Program-made: the position numbers and the translations under genes | The notes under the pieces: generated by a model | Told to the model about the DNA's origin: nothing | Database searches by the model: none | Seen by the model: the letters and a program-made list of their open reading frames with translations, nothing else | Part shown: one piece after another, positions 28,944 to 38,313 of the stretch | How positions within the stretch are numbered: position 1 is the stretch's first letter | How the letters are laid out: every line of letters begins with the position of its first letter | From: Oscillospiraceae bacterium | Lineage (GTDB): Bacteria; Bacillota; Clostridia; Oscillospirales; Ruminococcaceae | Assembly: GCA_017442085.1 (NCBI GenBank) | Contig: JAFSAW010000074.1 | Span: 1-63,524, forward strand | Reading direction: 5' to 3' | Length of the DNA: 63,524 nt

Positions 28944-28980
28944 AAAAATCCTGCAGATGCAAATCCGCAGGATTTTTTTT
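28944..28980. terminator. Bidirectional terminator after the 506-aa membrane protein gene
   Basis: aaaatcctgc-loop-gcaggatttt flanked by an A-run and a T-run. Confidence 0.7.
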
Positions 28981-28983
28981 GTT

Positions 28984-30465
28984 TTATTTTGGTTTTTTGT
29001 ACACTACTTTTTTGGTATCATTTTTTGTTTTCGATACTTTCGGCTGTGCTGCAGCAAATGTCTTTTTATCCGGCAGCTCTGGCTGTTTCAGAACAATATC
29101 TTCTTTTCTTTCAGATTTTAAAGCTGTTTCTTTTATTTTTACTGATTTTTCCTTTTTTGCCCCGAATAGAGAACGTTTTTTATCCGCCTTTGTTTCTTCT
29201 GCCTGCGGCACGTCATACTGCGAGGTGTCCTCACCTCTGAACATACTTTTAAGCATATCATATTCCGGTGCGGTTTCGTCCAGCTTTGGTGCTGCAAATC
29301 TTTTGAAAGAACGTGTCTCGCTGAGTATTCCCTGGGGCTGCGGTACGGATATTTCGGTTTTTGTGTCTGAGCCGAAAAGTTCTGAGAACATTTCGTGTTT
29401 TAAAACTTCATCTTCTGCATTTTCATTAAGAACAACTTTTTCTGCAAGGTATTCTGCAGATGTATCATTTTGCTGAATATGTTCAGATTTTTCTTCTGCA
29501 AAATCATCAAACATCTGTGCCAGTTCTGCCCCTGCAAATGTATCCACAAAGCCTTTTTCCTGATTATTGCTTTCTGCTTTTAAAAAAGTCTCTGTATGCT
29601 GTACAACTCTATCCTTTTCCTGCACTGCATTTTTTTCTTTTTCAGCGGTTTCTTCAGGTGCTTCAAATCTTTTTGCTTCAATTTTCTTTTTAGCTTTGGA
29701 TATCTCTTTTTTATCCGGTATTGCCGAAACCGCATTGTCAAAGGCGTAAACACCAAACAGTGCAACAGCTATCTTCATAAGCAGATACACAAGACTCTGC
29801 CCACCATCGATGATATAGCAGATTATATCCGCAAGGCTCATCATTGAACACACTGCAAATGACAGCATACCCGCAACATATATCATCATTCGGGAAAACT
29901 TTGACGGAACATATACATTTTTAAGCACAGTAAGCATAAAAGCTATTATGCACATATAGGACAGTACCTTGGTGAGAAACTGTGTGTTATGGTAGGTAAA
30001 CACATTAAATGTAACCACATCCATACACAGTCCCGCCGCAAATGCAAGCAGCAGTACCATAACAAGATAATCGCTTTTCTTTTTGCCAAGACCTGCCCCT
30101 GCCATAATCAAAAGTGCCATACCGCCTGCAATAAAAAACGGTGCCTCAACCTTGTATGGAGCTGCCAGAATGCCTGCCACAGCCATTGCTGCACCTGCAA
30201 TAAAAGCGGTGTATTTTGAGGTGTGTGAATAATAAGGTTCAACCACTTTGTACTGGCTGAAAATGATTATACCGCAGCACAGCGTGATAACCGCCACCAG
30301 TGCAAGTATATACGGGTTCATAACAACACCGCCCACAAGCAGAAACCCTGTGGCCGCATCTGTTAAGTTCAGTATTTCATAAACACGGCCTGCAAGAATT
30401 GCTGCCGATATCAGACTTAATAAAACAGTGAGGGTAAGTGACATAATCATTATCCTTTTAAACAT
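28984..30465 (-). CDS. Polytopic membrane protein with a roughly 250-aa Lys/Glu-rich disordered C-terminal tail
   Basis: About 7-8 TM helices, then low-complexity charged sequence to the stop. Start uncertain: ATG 30465, 30450 or 30444. The track start at 30504 is TTG. Confidence 0.55.
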   Translation of the reverse strand: MFKRIMIMSLTLTVLLSLISAAILAGRVYEILNLTDAATGFLLVGGVVMNPYILALVAVITLCCGIIIFSQYKVVEPYYSHTSKYTAFIAGAAMAVAGILAAPYKVEAPFFIAGGMALLIMAGAGLGKKKSDYLVMVLLLAFAAGLCMDVVTFNVFTYHNTQFLTKVLSYMCIIAFMLTVLKNVYVPSKFSRMMIYVAGMLSFAVCSMMSLADIICYIIDGGQSLVYLLMKIAVALFGVYAFDNAVSAIPDKKEISKAKKKIEAKRFEAPEETAEKEKNAVQEKDRVVQHTETFLKAESNNQEKGFVDTFAGAELAQMFDDFAEEKSEHIQQNDTSAEYLAEKVVLNENAEDEVLKHEMFSELFGSDTKTEISVPQPQGILSETRSFKRFAAPKLDETAPEYDMLKSMFRGEDTSQYDVPQAEETKADKKRSLFGAKKEKSVKIKETALKSERKEDIVLKQPELPDKKTFAAAQPKVSKTKNDTKKVVYKKPK

Positions 30466-30562
30466 ATAATTTTTAGTTAATTCATAGTATGTATTGTATA
30501 CCAAATATTATAAAAAGGCAACTGCGGCTTATCTGCGGTTGTTTAAAAACGTGAGGATTATT

Positions 30563-31582
30563 ATGAAAAAATTTATAGGAATTTTTATATTTTTATTCTG
30601 TATAAACGCCTTTGTGCCTGTAGTATATTACCACATTTATTACAGCGACGCCCTGCGTCAGTTTACAGAATCCGAAATGCCAGAATCCACAGACGATTTT
30701 TTGCAGGAGAACAGCGAAAGCAATAACCTGACTGCAGAAACTGACACCAAATACAATCTGTACAACCTTGCCACCCAGGAAATGTGCACAATGGACCGCA
30801 CTGCCTTTCTGATTGGCAGCGCCGCCTGCGAAATGCCTGCAAGCTACAGCGAAGAAGCTATAAAGGCTCAGATGATTGCCTGCCACAGCTATTACATATA
30901 CTGCACTGAAAACGGCGTTCCGAGTGAAGATATGAACCTGAGCTTTGACGAAAGATATATGAAAAAATATGCCTCCAAACAGCGGCTACAGGAATACTGG
31001 GGTATGAGTTTTAACGAGTACTACGAAAAGTTTCTGCGGTGCGCTGATGATGTGAGCGATATCATTCTTAAATACAACGGAAAACCTGCACTTACGCCAT
31101 ACTATGCCGTATCCTGCGGCAAAACCCAGAGCAGCGAAGCCGAATGGGGCACTTATGTCCCCTATCTTGACTGTGTGGACAGCAAGGAAGATGCCCTGAG
31201 TGATGATTATCTTAAGGTTACAACATACAGTGTGCAGGATATGTACGACCGTTTTATGACATATTTTACAGGTTTTGAACTGAACCGCGAACATCCCGAA
31301 GAATGGTTTGGAGATACAGTTTATAATCAGTCAGGATATGTTACAACTATAGATGTTGCGGACATAAAAATAACAGGCAGAGAGTTCCGCAACTGTTTTG
31401 AGCTGCCCTCTGCCTGTTTTATGATATTTTATGAAAATGAAGAATTTTCCATAGCAACCAAAGGCTACGGACACGGTGTAGGCCTGAGCCAGTTTGGTGC
31501 AAACACTATGGCGGAAAACGGAAAAAGCTGCAGCGAAATATTGCAGCATTATTTCCCCGGCACTGTTATGGATAAAATTTAA
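30563..31582 (+). CDS. spoIID: Stage II sporulation protein D (SpoIID/LytB family lytic transglycosylase)
   Basis: Signal-anchor MKKFIGIFIFLF. GYGHGVGLSQFGA signature near the C-terminus. Confidence 0.85.
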   Translation: MKKFIGIFIFLFCINAFVPVVYYHIYYSDALRQFTESEMPESTDDFLQENSESNNLTAETDTKYNLYNLATQEMCTMDRTAFLIGSAACEMPASYSEEAIKAQMIACHSYYIYCTENGVPSEDMNLSFDERYMKKYASKQRLQEYWGMSFNEYYEKFLRCADDVSDIILKYNGKPALTPYYAVSCGKTQSSEAEWGTYVPYLDCVDSKEDALSDDYLKVTTYSVQDMYDRFMTYFTGFELNREHPEEWFGDTVYNQSGYVTTIDVADIKITGREFRNCFELPSACFMIFYENEEFSIATKGYGHGVGLSQFGANTMAENGKSCSEILQHYFPGTVMDKI

Positions 31583-32385
31583 TAGTAAAGTTCCGGGTCT
31601 ATTTTAAGGCTTATCTGGTTTGGCAGATACTGTGAATTGAGTATCTTTGTGCGGTACGAAACCGGTGTTTCTCCCGTTGCTTTTTTAAATGCCTTGCACA
31701 GATAGTTATCGCCCGAAAAACCTGTACGCAGTGCTATTGCATTAAGAGAAAGACTGCTGTCAACCAAAAGCTGTTTGACTGCTTCTATGCGCACATTTGA
31801 CAGATATTTGCCCGGTGTGATGCCTGTATATTTATAGAACTCACGCACCAGATGGCTTTTTGAAACGTTAAGGTCTTCGGCAAGTTCTTCCACACCATAG
31901 TTGCGGGAGTAATTCTGTTTGATAAGGGATACTGCCTGGGAAATGATTTTTGATGCAACAACGCTCTTTTTATCTACGCTGTTGAGGGTGTTTATAATTT
32001 CAAATGCAACGTTGCAAAGATAGCTTTCGGAAACAAAATCATAGTTTGCAGCAATCTGCATAATCTGCTGTGGTAAAAACGGCGCAAAAATGCCGCTGGT
32101 TACAAATGCTCCGGAATATTCCTTGCAGAATTTCTGTGCAATTGCACCGTCGATATTAAATCCGTCAATATGGCTTTCTTTTGATATGTTCACCTTTACA
32201 GGTCCCGTTGTATAAACAATTTCACCTGTGTTTACAACAATATCCTTGTCCCCCCAGCATACATTGAGACTGCCGCTGGAAACCATAAATATATTTATAC
32301 CGCTGTGATCATAAGTTATTGTGTTTTCCCCTTTTTCGCTTATGGGGAATCTGCAATAACAGTAATCCTGAAGATTAAGTGCCAT
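31579..32385 (-). CDS. AraC family transcriptional regulator (cupin plus HTH)
   Basis: C-terminal double HTH (VEELAEDLNVSKSHLVREFYKYTGITPGKYL...). Confidence 0.8.
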   Translation of the reverse strand: MALNLQDYCYCRFPISEKGENTITYDHSGINIFMVSSGSLNVCWGDKDIVVNTGEIVYTTGPVKVNISKESHIDGFNIDGAIAQKFCKEYSGAFVTSGIFAPFLPQQIMQIAANYDFVSESYLCNVAFEIINTLNSVDKKSVVASKIISQAVSLIKQNYSRNYGVEELAEDLNVSKSHLVREFYKYTGITPGKYLSNVRIEAVKQLLVDSSLSLNAIALRTGFSGDNYLCKAFKKATGETPVSYRTKILNSQYLPNQISLKIDPELYY

Positions 32386-32601
32386 AGCCGCTACCTCTTA
32401 CATCAATATTTTCCCATTGATATGTAATTTTCCTTATAAACAGTATAATATAGCATTTTAAAAATATCAATATTTTCTTATTCTCTTAATGTGCTTTTTT
32501 GTTTATATGTGTAAATAATGTTAAAAATATGTGTAAATACACTTTTATTTCACACAGAACTGTATATAATTTTTCACACTTATATCAAAGGAGTTTTTAA
32601 C

Positions 32602-33405
32602 TTGAATATACTTGTAACACTGAACAGCGGATATATAAAACCGCTGTGCGTTATGCTTCGCTCGCTGCTGAAAGCACATCCGCACACTGATTTTGAAATA
32701 TATGTTATAAACAAATCCCTTTCACAGCAGGATTTTGAATATTTGCAGGATAAAATAGAGGATAACAACTATCGCCTGCACGATATCAAGATTTGTGATG
32801 ATATGCTTGAAGACGCACCGGTTACCGACCGTTATCCCCACGAAATGTACTACCGCATATTTGCCGCACGATTTCTGCCCGAAAATGTGGATAAAATTTT
32901 ATATCTTGACCCCGACCTTGTAGTGCTGAAAACTCTGGAAAACCTGTACAATACAGACCTTGGCCAAAACTTTTTTGCCGCTGCAAGCCACGTAAACAAA
33001 CCTTTGCAGAAGATAAACGAGATACGTCTGCAGATGGAAACCAAAGGGCCGTATATCAATTCCGGCGTAATGCTTATGAATATAAAACTGCTGCGCGAAC
33101 AGCAGGATTATGCCGAGATTTTTGAATATATCGAAAAGAACAAAAACATTCTTTTTCTTCCCGATCAGGATATTATAAGTGCGGTTTACAGCAACAGAAT
33201 CATTGCCATAGATCCTTATATCTACAATATGACCGAGCGTATGCTATTATCCCCTAAAAGTATAAAAAATGATGTTGATGCACAGTGGGTAAAGGAAAAC
33301 AGCGCCATTGTGCATTACTGCGGCCGAAACAAGCCGTGGAAAGACAACTATATAGGATTTCTTGACGGGTTTTACAAAGAATATGCCTATGGTATAGACA
33401 TTTAA
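32602..33405 (+). CDS. Glycosyltransferase family 8
   Basis: NILVTLNSGY start (TTG 32602, AAGGAG RBS), DxD motif YLDPDLVV, HYCGRNKPW motif. Confidence 0.8.
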   Translation: MNILVTLNSGYIKPLCVMLRSLLKAHPHTDFEIYVINKSLSQQDFEYLQDKIEDNNYRLHDIKICDDMLEDAPVTDRYPHEMYYRIFAARFLPENVDKILYLDPDLVVLKTLENLYNTDLGQNFFAAASHVNKPLQKINEIRLQMETKGPYINSGVMLMNIKLLREQQDYAEIFEYIEKNKNILFLPDQDIISAVYSNRIIAIDPYIYNMTERMLLSPKSIKNDVDAQWVKENSAIVHYCGRNKPWKDNYIGFLDGFYKEYAYGIDI

Positions 33406-33479
33406 TGGCAGAATAAAAGATATCCAAACCGCCAATAATACAGTTGACCGAAAGGAATATTACTGCTAACGGAGGAAAT

Positions 33480-33665
33480 ATGAAATTTTTTGTAAACAGC
33501 GACTGTATCGGCTGCGGCCTTTGCCCATCGGTATGCCCGGAAGTATTTTCCATGACTGATGAAAATGTTGCACAGGCGGTTGATGCCGAACTGACAGGAC
33601 AGACGGCAGTGCTTGCACAGCAGGCAATGGAACAGTGTCCTGTAAGTGCAATTGAACACTCATAA
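33480..33665 (+). CDS. Small ferredoxin (61 aa)
   Basis: CIGCGLCPSVCP plus a distal Cys (CPVSAI). GGAGGA RBS before ATG 33480. Confidence 0.8.
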   Translation: MKFFVNSDCIGCGLCPSVCPEVFSMTDENVAQAVDAELTGQTAVLAQQAMEQCPVSAIEHS

Positions 33666-33672
33666 ACAATTC

Positions 33673-33697
33673 AAGGGCGGAAAAACCGCCCTTTTTT
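33673..33697. terminator. Terminator between the ferredoxin and M15 peptidase genes
   Basis: aagggcgg-aaaaa-ccgccctt followed by tttt. Confidence 0.8.
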
Positions 33698-33716
33698 CCT
33701 GTATACCGCAATCATA

Positions 33717-34397
33717 TCAAGGGTCAACCGTTGTGGAGCTTGAACCGTTTCCCTTTACCTTGCTGCACAGCTTTTCCCATGTGGCGCAGCCAACTATGCC
33801 GTCACGGGTAAGATTATAGTCCCCCTGAAAATTCTGCACGGCACGGTAAGTTGCAGGGCCAAAACGGCCGTCCAGTCCCGCCGTGGCATAGCCAAGTGTA
33901 TTAAGGGCATCCTGCAGTATAAGCACATAGCACCCGCGGGAATTAAGCCTTAATGTGCTGTAGCCCGTGGAGCAGGCAGGACGGCCGTAGCGGCGGTCAA
34001 AATGCACCCAGGTAGGTGTGAGGGACAATGGCTCCACATAGCCCCACAGTCCGCTGTCTCTTGCCACATTGTATATGCGGCGCCGCTGGGCTGAACTTAA
34101 AGCCTGCCCCACATCAAAGGAAATACCGGCATAGTGCTGACTCATAAGGCCGTGGCCACCCTCCCATATTCTTTTAAATGCATAGCGGAAAGGAATTGGT
34201 GCGCCATATGCCGCACGGGTGCGGTTCCAGGCTTCCATTGCCTGCCGCGTGGTCCACAGAACACTGCTGTCGGAAGACCCTCGGAACTCTCTTACCCTCA
34301 TTGTTCCGTTTGTATTGTATGGCATAAAATCGCTTTCGCTTCTTTCATATGTCTGCAGGATATTCTGCTGTGTATCATAAACAAATATTTTTGCCAC
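33717..34397 (-). CDS. M15-family (LAS) peptidoglycan peptidase with C-terminal PG_binding_1 domain, no signal peptide (endolysin-like)
   Basis: SQHYAGISFD (SxHxxGxAxD-like) and WVHFD metal motifs. C-terminal LQDALNTLGY..DGRFGPATYRAVQNFQ repeat. GC visibly higher than the flanks. Confidence 0.7.
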   Translation of the reverse strand: MAKIFVYDTQQNILQTYERSESDFMPYNTNGTMRVREFRGSSDSSVLWTTRQAMEAWNRTRAAYGAPIPFRYAFKRIWEGGHGLMSQHYAGISFDVGQALSSAQRRRIYNVARDSGLWGYVEPLSLTPTWVHFDRRYGRPACSTGYSTLRLNSRGCYVLILQDALNTLGYATAGLDGRFGPATYRAVQNFQGDYNLTRDGIVGCATWEKLCSKVKGNGSSSTTVDP

Positions 34398-34513
34398 CCT
34401 ATAACCTCCTTTAAGGTTTTATTACAGTATATGAATCTGAAAAAAGTTATGTTAATCTCTGATTGTTAAAAATATAACGTATTTGTAATTTTGTTGCAAA
34501 TGTTTCTATACTG

Positions 34514-34541
34514 TTGAAAATAAAATGTAATTTGATATAAT
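34514..34541 (+). promoter_or_regulatory. Candidate pgk operon promoter (extended -10)
   Basis: TTGAAA (34514-34519), 16 nt, TGATATAAT (-10 at 34536-34541). Confidence 0.55.
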
Positions 34542-34607
34542 GATACTTAAGAATTGTATATTAAATATTAATATAAATTTATTTTAAAAGTTTAAAGGAG
34601 TTTTATT

Positions 34608-35801
34608 ATGGCTGGTTTGGGCAAAAAAACAGTAGAAGATATCAATGTTAAAGGCAAAAAATGTATCGTTCGCTGTGACTTCAATGTTCCTATGAGTGAT
34701 GGTGTTATCACAGATGACAAACGTATCCGTGAAGCACTTAAAACAGTTAAATACCTTAAAGAAAACGGCGCAAAAATTATTCTTTGCAGCCATATGGGCA
34801 GACCAAAGGGCGAATTCAATATGAAATATTCTCTCGCACCTGTTGCTGAAAGAATCAGCGAACTTATGGGTTGCCCTGTTGCAATGGCAACAGATGTTAT
34901 CGGCGAAGATGCAAAAGCAAAAGCTGCTGCACTTGGCGAAGGAGAAATTCTTCTTCTTGAAAACCTGCGTTTCCACAAGGAAGAAGAAAAAAATGCACCT
35001 GAATTTGCAAAAGCACTTGCAGACTTTGCAGAAATCTATGTAAATGATGCATTTGGCACAGCACACCGTGCACACGCTTCCACAGCAGGTATCGCTGATT
35101 ATCTGCCTGCAGTTTGCGGCTATCTTATCCAGAAAGAAATCGATGTTATGGGCAAAGCTCTCAACGACCCTGCAAGACCATTTGTTGCTATCCTTGGCGG
35201 CGCTAAAGTAAGTGACAAAATCGGTGTTATCGAAAACCTTATCGACAAAGTTGACAGCCTTGTTATCGGCGGCGGTATGGCTTATACATTCTTTAAAGCA
35301 AAAGGCTGGACAGTTGGCGATTCCATCTGTGAAGATGACAAAGTTGAACTTGCAAAAGAACTTATGGCTAAAGCTGAAGCAAAAGGCGTAAAAATGCTTT
35401 TGCCTGTTGACACAGTTGTTGGCAAAGAATTTAAAGAAGACACAGAACATATGACAGTTGACTCCAGTGCTATTCCTGATTCCTGGCAGGGCCTTGACAT
35501 TGGTCCTAAATCCGTTGAACTGTTCAGCGATGCAATCAAAAATGCAGAAACAGTTGTATGGAATGGTCCTATGGGCGTATTTGAATTTGAAGCATTTGCA
35601 GTTGGCACAAAAGCAGTTGCAAAAGCAGTTGCAGAAAGTGGCGCAATCAGCATCATCGGCGGCGGCGACAGTGCTGCAGCAGTTGAACAGCTTGGCTATG
35701 CAGACAAGATGACACACATCTCCACAGGCGGCGGTGCTTCCCTTGAATTCCTTGAAGGCCTTGAACTTCCTGGCATTGCAGCACTTAACGACAAAGAATA
35801 A
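34608..35801 (+). CDS. pgk: Phosphoglycerate kinase
   Basis: 397 aa. [17 protein letters not shown] and GGGDSAAA motifs. Confidence 0.95.
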   Translation: MAGLGKKTVEDINVKGKKCIVRCDFNVPMSDGVITDDKRIREALKTVKYLKENGAKIILCSHMGRPKGEFNMKYSLAPVAERISELMGCPVAMATDVIGEDAKAKAAALGEGEILLLENLRFHKEEEKNAPEFAKALADFAEIYVNDAFGTAHRAHASTAGIADYLPAVCGYLIQKEIDVMGKALNDPARPFVAILGGAKVSDKIGVIENLIDKVDSLVIGGGMAYTFFKAKGWTVGDSICEDDKVELAKELMAKAEAKGVKMLLPVDTVVGKEFKEDTEHMTVDSSAIPDSWQGLDIGPKSVELFSDAIKNAETVVWNGPMGVFEFEAFAVGTKAVAKAVAESGAISIIGGGDSAAAVEQLGYADKMTHISTGGGASLEFLEGLELPGIAALNDKE

Positions 35802-35906
35802 TTTTTGTCGTTACACTCTTAAAAAAAAGATAGCGGCAGTATATTCTGCCGCTATTATTACTTAAAATACAATGATATGTTTTTAACATATCCAAGGAGA
35901 ATTATT

Positions 35907-36671
35907 ATGGATAAATCCAAAAGACAGGTTGTTATTGCAGGCAACTGGAAGATGAACAAAAATGCAGAAGAAACAAAGGCTCTGCTTGCTGAAATGACAC
36001 AGACAATAAAAGATGCTGACTGCAAAGTATTGCTTTGCGTGCCTGCAATCAACATCAGCACAGCAGTTGAAGCAACAAAAAACAGCATTATCGAAATTGG
36101 CGCACAGAACTGCCACTGGGCTGCAAACGGCGCTTATACAGGCGAAATCAGCGCAGATATGCTTAAATGCTTTGGCATTAAATATGCAATTATCGGCCAC
36201 AGCGAAAGAAGACAGTATTTTGGCGAAACAGACAAAACTGTAAATATGCGCGCTCTTGCCTGCCACGAAAACGGCATCACACCAATTATCTGTGTTGGTG
36301 AAAACCTTGAAGAACGCGAAAAAGATATCACAAAAGATGTTATCAGAACACAGATTACAGAAGGTCTTGCAAACTTTACAAAAGAACAGCTGCACAACAC
36401 AATTATCGCTTACGAACCTGTATGGGCAATCGGCACAGGCAAAACAGCAACTGCACAGCAGGCTGAAGAAGTTTGTGCATATATCAGAGAACTGCTTGGC
36501 GAAATGTTCTGCCCTGTATGTGCACAGAAGGTTACAATCCAGTACGGCGGCAGTATGAATGCAGGCAATGCAAAAGAACTTCTCGCTATGCCAAATATCG
36601 ACGGTGGCCTTATCGGCGGTGCATCCCTTAAAGCAGCAGACTTTAACACAATTGTTGAAAGTGCAGAATAA
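35907..36671 (+). CDS. tpiA: Triose-phosphate isomerase
   Basis: AGNWKMN, GHSERR and AYEPVWAIGTG motifs. Start at MDKSKRQ (GGAGAA RBS). Confidence 0.95.
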   Translation: MDKSKRQVVIAGNWKMNKNAEETKALLAEMTQTIKDADCKVLLCVPAINISTAVEATKNSIIEIGAQNCHWAANGAYTGEISADMLKCFGIKYAIIGHSERRQYFGETDKTVNMRALACHENGITPIICVGENLEEREKDITKDVIRTQITEGLANFTKEQLHNTIIAYEPVWAIGTGKTATAQQAEEVCAYIRELLGEMFCPVCAQKVTIQYGGSMNAGNAKELLAMPNIDGGLIGGASLKAADFNTIVESAE

Positions 36672-36683
36672 GAGGTAAAACAG

Positions 36684-38198
36684 ATGAAAAAACCATTGGT
36701 ACTTTGTATTATGGACGGCTATGCCTTTGCCGACAAAACAGAAGGCAACGCAATCTGCGCAGCAAAAACACCAAGACTTGATGAAATTTTTGCAAAATAT
36801 CCTACTGTAACTCTGGGCGCAAGCGGTATGAGTGTTGGCCTGCCTGACGGTCAGATGGGCAACAGCGAGGTTGGCCATACAAATATGGGTGCAGGCCGCA
36901 TTGTTTATCAGGAACTTACAAGAATTACAAAATCCATAAAGGACGGCGATTTCTTTGCCAACGAAGCTATGACAAAAGCTATCGGCAAAGCAAAGGAAAA
37001 CGACAAGGCTGTTCACGTTATGGGGCTTATGAGTGACGGCGGCGTACACAGCCACATCGAACACTGTCTTGCAGTTGTTGAAATGTGCAAACGTATGGGT
37101 GTTGAAAAGGTTTTTGTGCATGCATTTATGGACGGCCGTGACGTAAGCCCTACAAGCGGTGCAGATTTTCTGCGTCAGCTTAACAAAGAAATGGGCGCAA
37201 TCGGCGTTGGCAAAATAGGTACTGTTCACGGCAGATTTTACATTATGGACCGTGACAAACGCTGGGACCGTGTTGAAACAGCATATAAAACACTTGTTTA
37301 CGGCGAAGGTGAGGTTTGCCCTGACGCTGCTGTAAAGCTGGAAGAAAACTATAAAAACGATGTTACAGACGAATTTACAGTGCCGTTTGTGGTTACACCT
37401 GACAGCAATATCAAACAGGGTGACAGCGTGATTTTCTTTAACTTCCGCCCTGACAGAGCAAGAGAAATCACAAGAAGCCTTGTGGACACAGACTTTGACG
37501 GTTTTGCAAGAAAAGACAACAACCTTTTGCTTAACTATGTATGCTTTACACAGTATGATGCAACAATGCCTAACGTTGATGTTGCATTTAAACCACAGAG
37601 CCTTGACAATACTTTGGGTGAATATCTCTCCAAAATGGGCAAAACCCAGCTGAGAATCGCCGAGACAGAAAAATATGCCCACGTTACATTCTTCTTTAAC
37701 GGCGGTGTTGAAGCTGTAAGCGAAGGCGAAGACAGAGCACTTATCAACAGTCCTAAAGTTGCAACCTACGACCTTAAACCTGAGATGAGCGCTTATGAAG
37801 TGACCGAAGAAATGCTGACTCGCCTTGACAGTGGCAAATACGATGTGGTTATCCTCAACTTTGCAAACTGTGATATGGTTGGCCATACAGGTGTTTTCAG
37901 TGCAGCTGTTAAAGCTGTGGAAACTGTTGACGAATGTGTTGGCAAGGTGCTGGACAAAACAATGGAAATGGGCGGTGTGTTCCTTTTGACTGCCGACCAC
38001 GGCAATGCAGACAAACTGCTGGACGAAGACGGCAGTGTGTTTACAGCACACACAACTAACCCTGTTCCGTTTACTGTTTGCGGCTATGAATGTGCACTGC
38101 ACGAAGACGGCGTACTTGCAGATATTGCGCCAACAATGCTGCAGATTCTTGGCCTTGAACAGCCGGAAGAAATGACAGGCAAGTCACTTATTAAATAA
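36684..38198 (+). CDS. gpmI: 2,3-bisphosphoglycerate-independent phosphoglycerate mutase
   Basis: 504 aa. ILDG-type start (CIMDGYA), GNSEVGH, ADHGNA motifs. Confidence 0.95.
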   Translation: MKKPLVLCIMDGYAFADKTEGNAICAAKTPRLDEIFAKYPTVTLGASGMSVGLPDGQMGNSEVGHTNMGAGRIVYQELTRITKSIKDGDFFANEAMTKAIGKAKENDKAVHVMGLMSDGGVHSHIEHCLAVVEMCKRMGVEKVFVHAFMDGRDVSPTSGADFLRQLNKEMGAIGVGKIGTVHGRFYIMDRDKRWDRVETAYKTLVYGEGEVCPDAAVKLEENYKNDVTDEFTVPFVVTPDSNIKQGDSVIFFNFRPDRAREITRSLVDTDFDGFARKDNNLLLNYVCFTQYDATMPNVDVAFKPQSLDNTLGEYLSKMGKTQLRIAETEKYAHVTFFFNGGVEAVSEGEDRALINSPKVATYDLKPEMSAYEVTEEMLTRLDSGKYDVVILNFANCDMVGHTGVFSAAVKAVETVDECVGKVLDKTMEMGGVFLLTADHGNADKLLDEDGSVFTAHTTNPVPFTVCGYECALHEDGVLADIAPTMLQILGLEQPEEMTGKSLIK

Positions 38199-38209
38199 AA
38201 CAATTAATT

Positions 38210-38246
38210 AAGCCTGAACGGATAAACCGTTCAGGCTTTTGTGTTT
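38210..38246 (+). terminator. Terminator after gpmI
   Basis: aagcctgaacgg-ataaa-ccgttcaggctt followed by ttgtgtttt. Confidence 0.8.
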
Positions 38247-38313
38247 TATTGGTGTTCTATACCCGTTATATCATAATGACCCGGTAAAATTTTTGGTTCA
38301 CCACCGATAATAT

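Noticed and set aside
20511-28980. Two terminators sharing the stem sequence AATCCTGCAG...CTGCAGGATT / GCAGGATTTT (20511-20545 and 28944-28980), which might be a dispersed repeat family.
   Set aside because: There are only two copies, the shared part is about 10 nt, and the loops and flanks are unrelated. Other terminators in the window use different stems. This is probably coincidence.
28682-28983. A cobalamin riboswitch or other structured leader upstream of the B12-dependent glutamate mutase operon.
   Set aside because: The region is uniformly AT-rich with no B12-box-like GC-rich core or extended pairing. It looks like plain promoter DNA plus the neighbouring terminator.
35883-38102. Very long ORFs antisense to core genes. 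These are: 739 aa opposite tpiA-gpmI, 34584-35717 opposite pgk, 12043-12594 opposite gap, 22861-23928 opposite mal, 24060-25400 opposite glmE, 25678-26688 opposite glmL, 27854-28708 opposite mesaconase alpha, 48550-49812 and 50014-50754 opposite nrdD, 55473-57155 opposite parC, and 61417-62022 opposite ftsH.
   Set aside because: All lie in the codon-aligned antisense frame; I checked that the coordinates are congruent mod 3 with the sense codons. A stop there requires sense TTA, CTA or TCA codons, which these strongly biased genes avoid. The products are Cys/Phe/Val/Asn/Lys-rich low-complexity with no RBS. This is a codon-bias signature, not overlapping genes.
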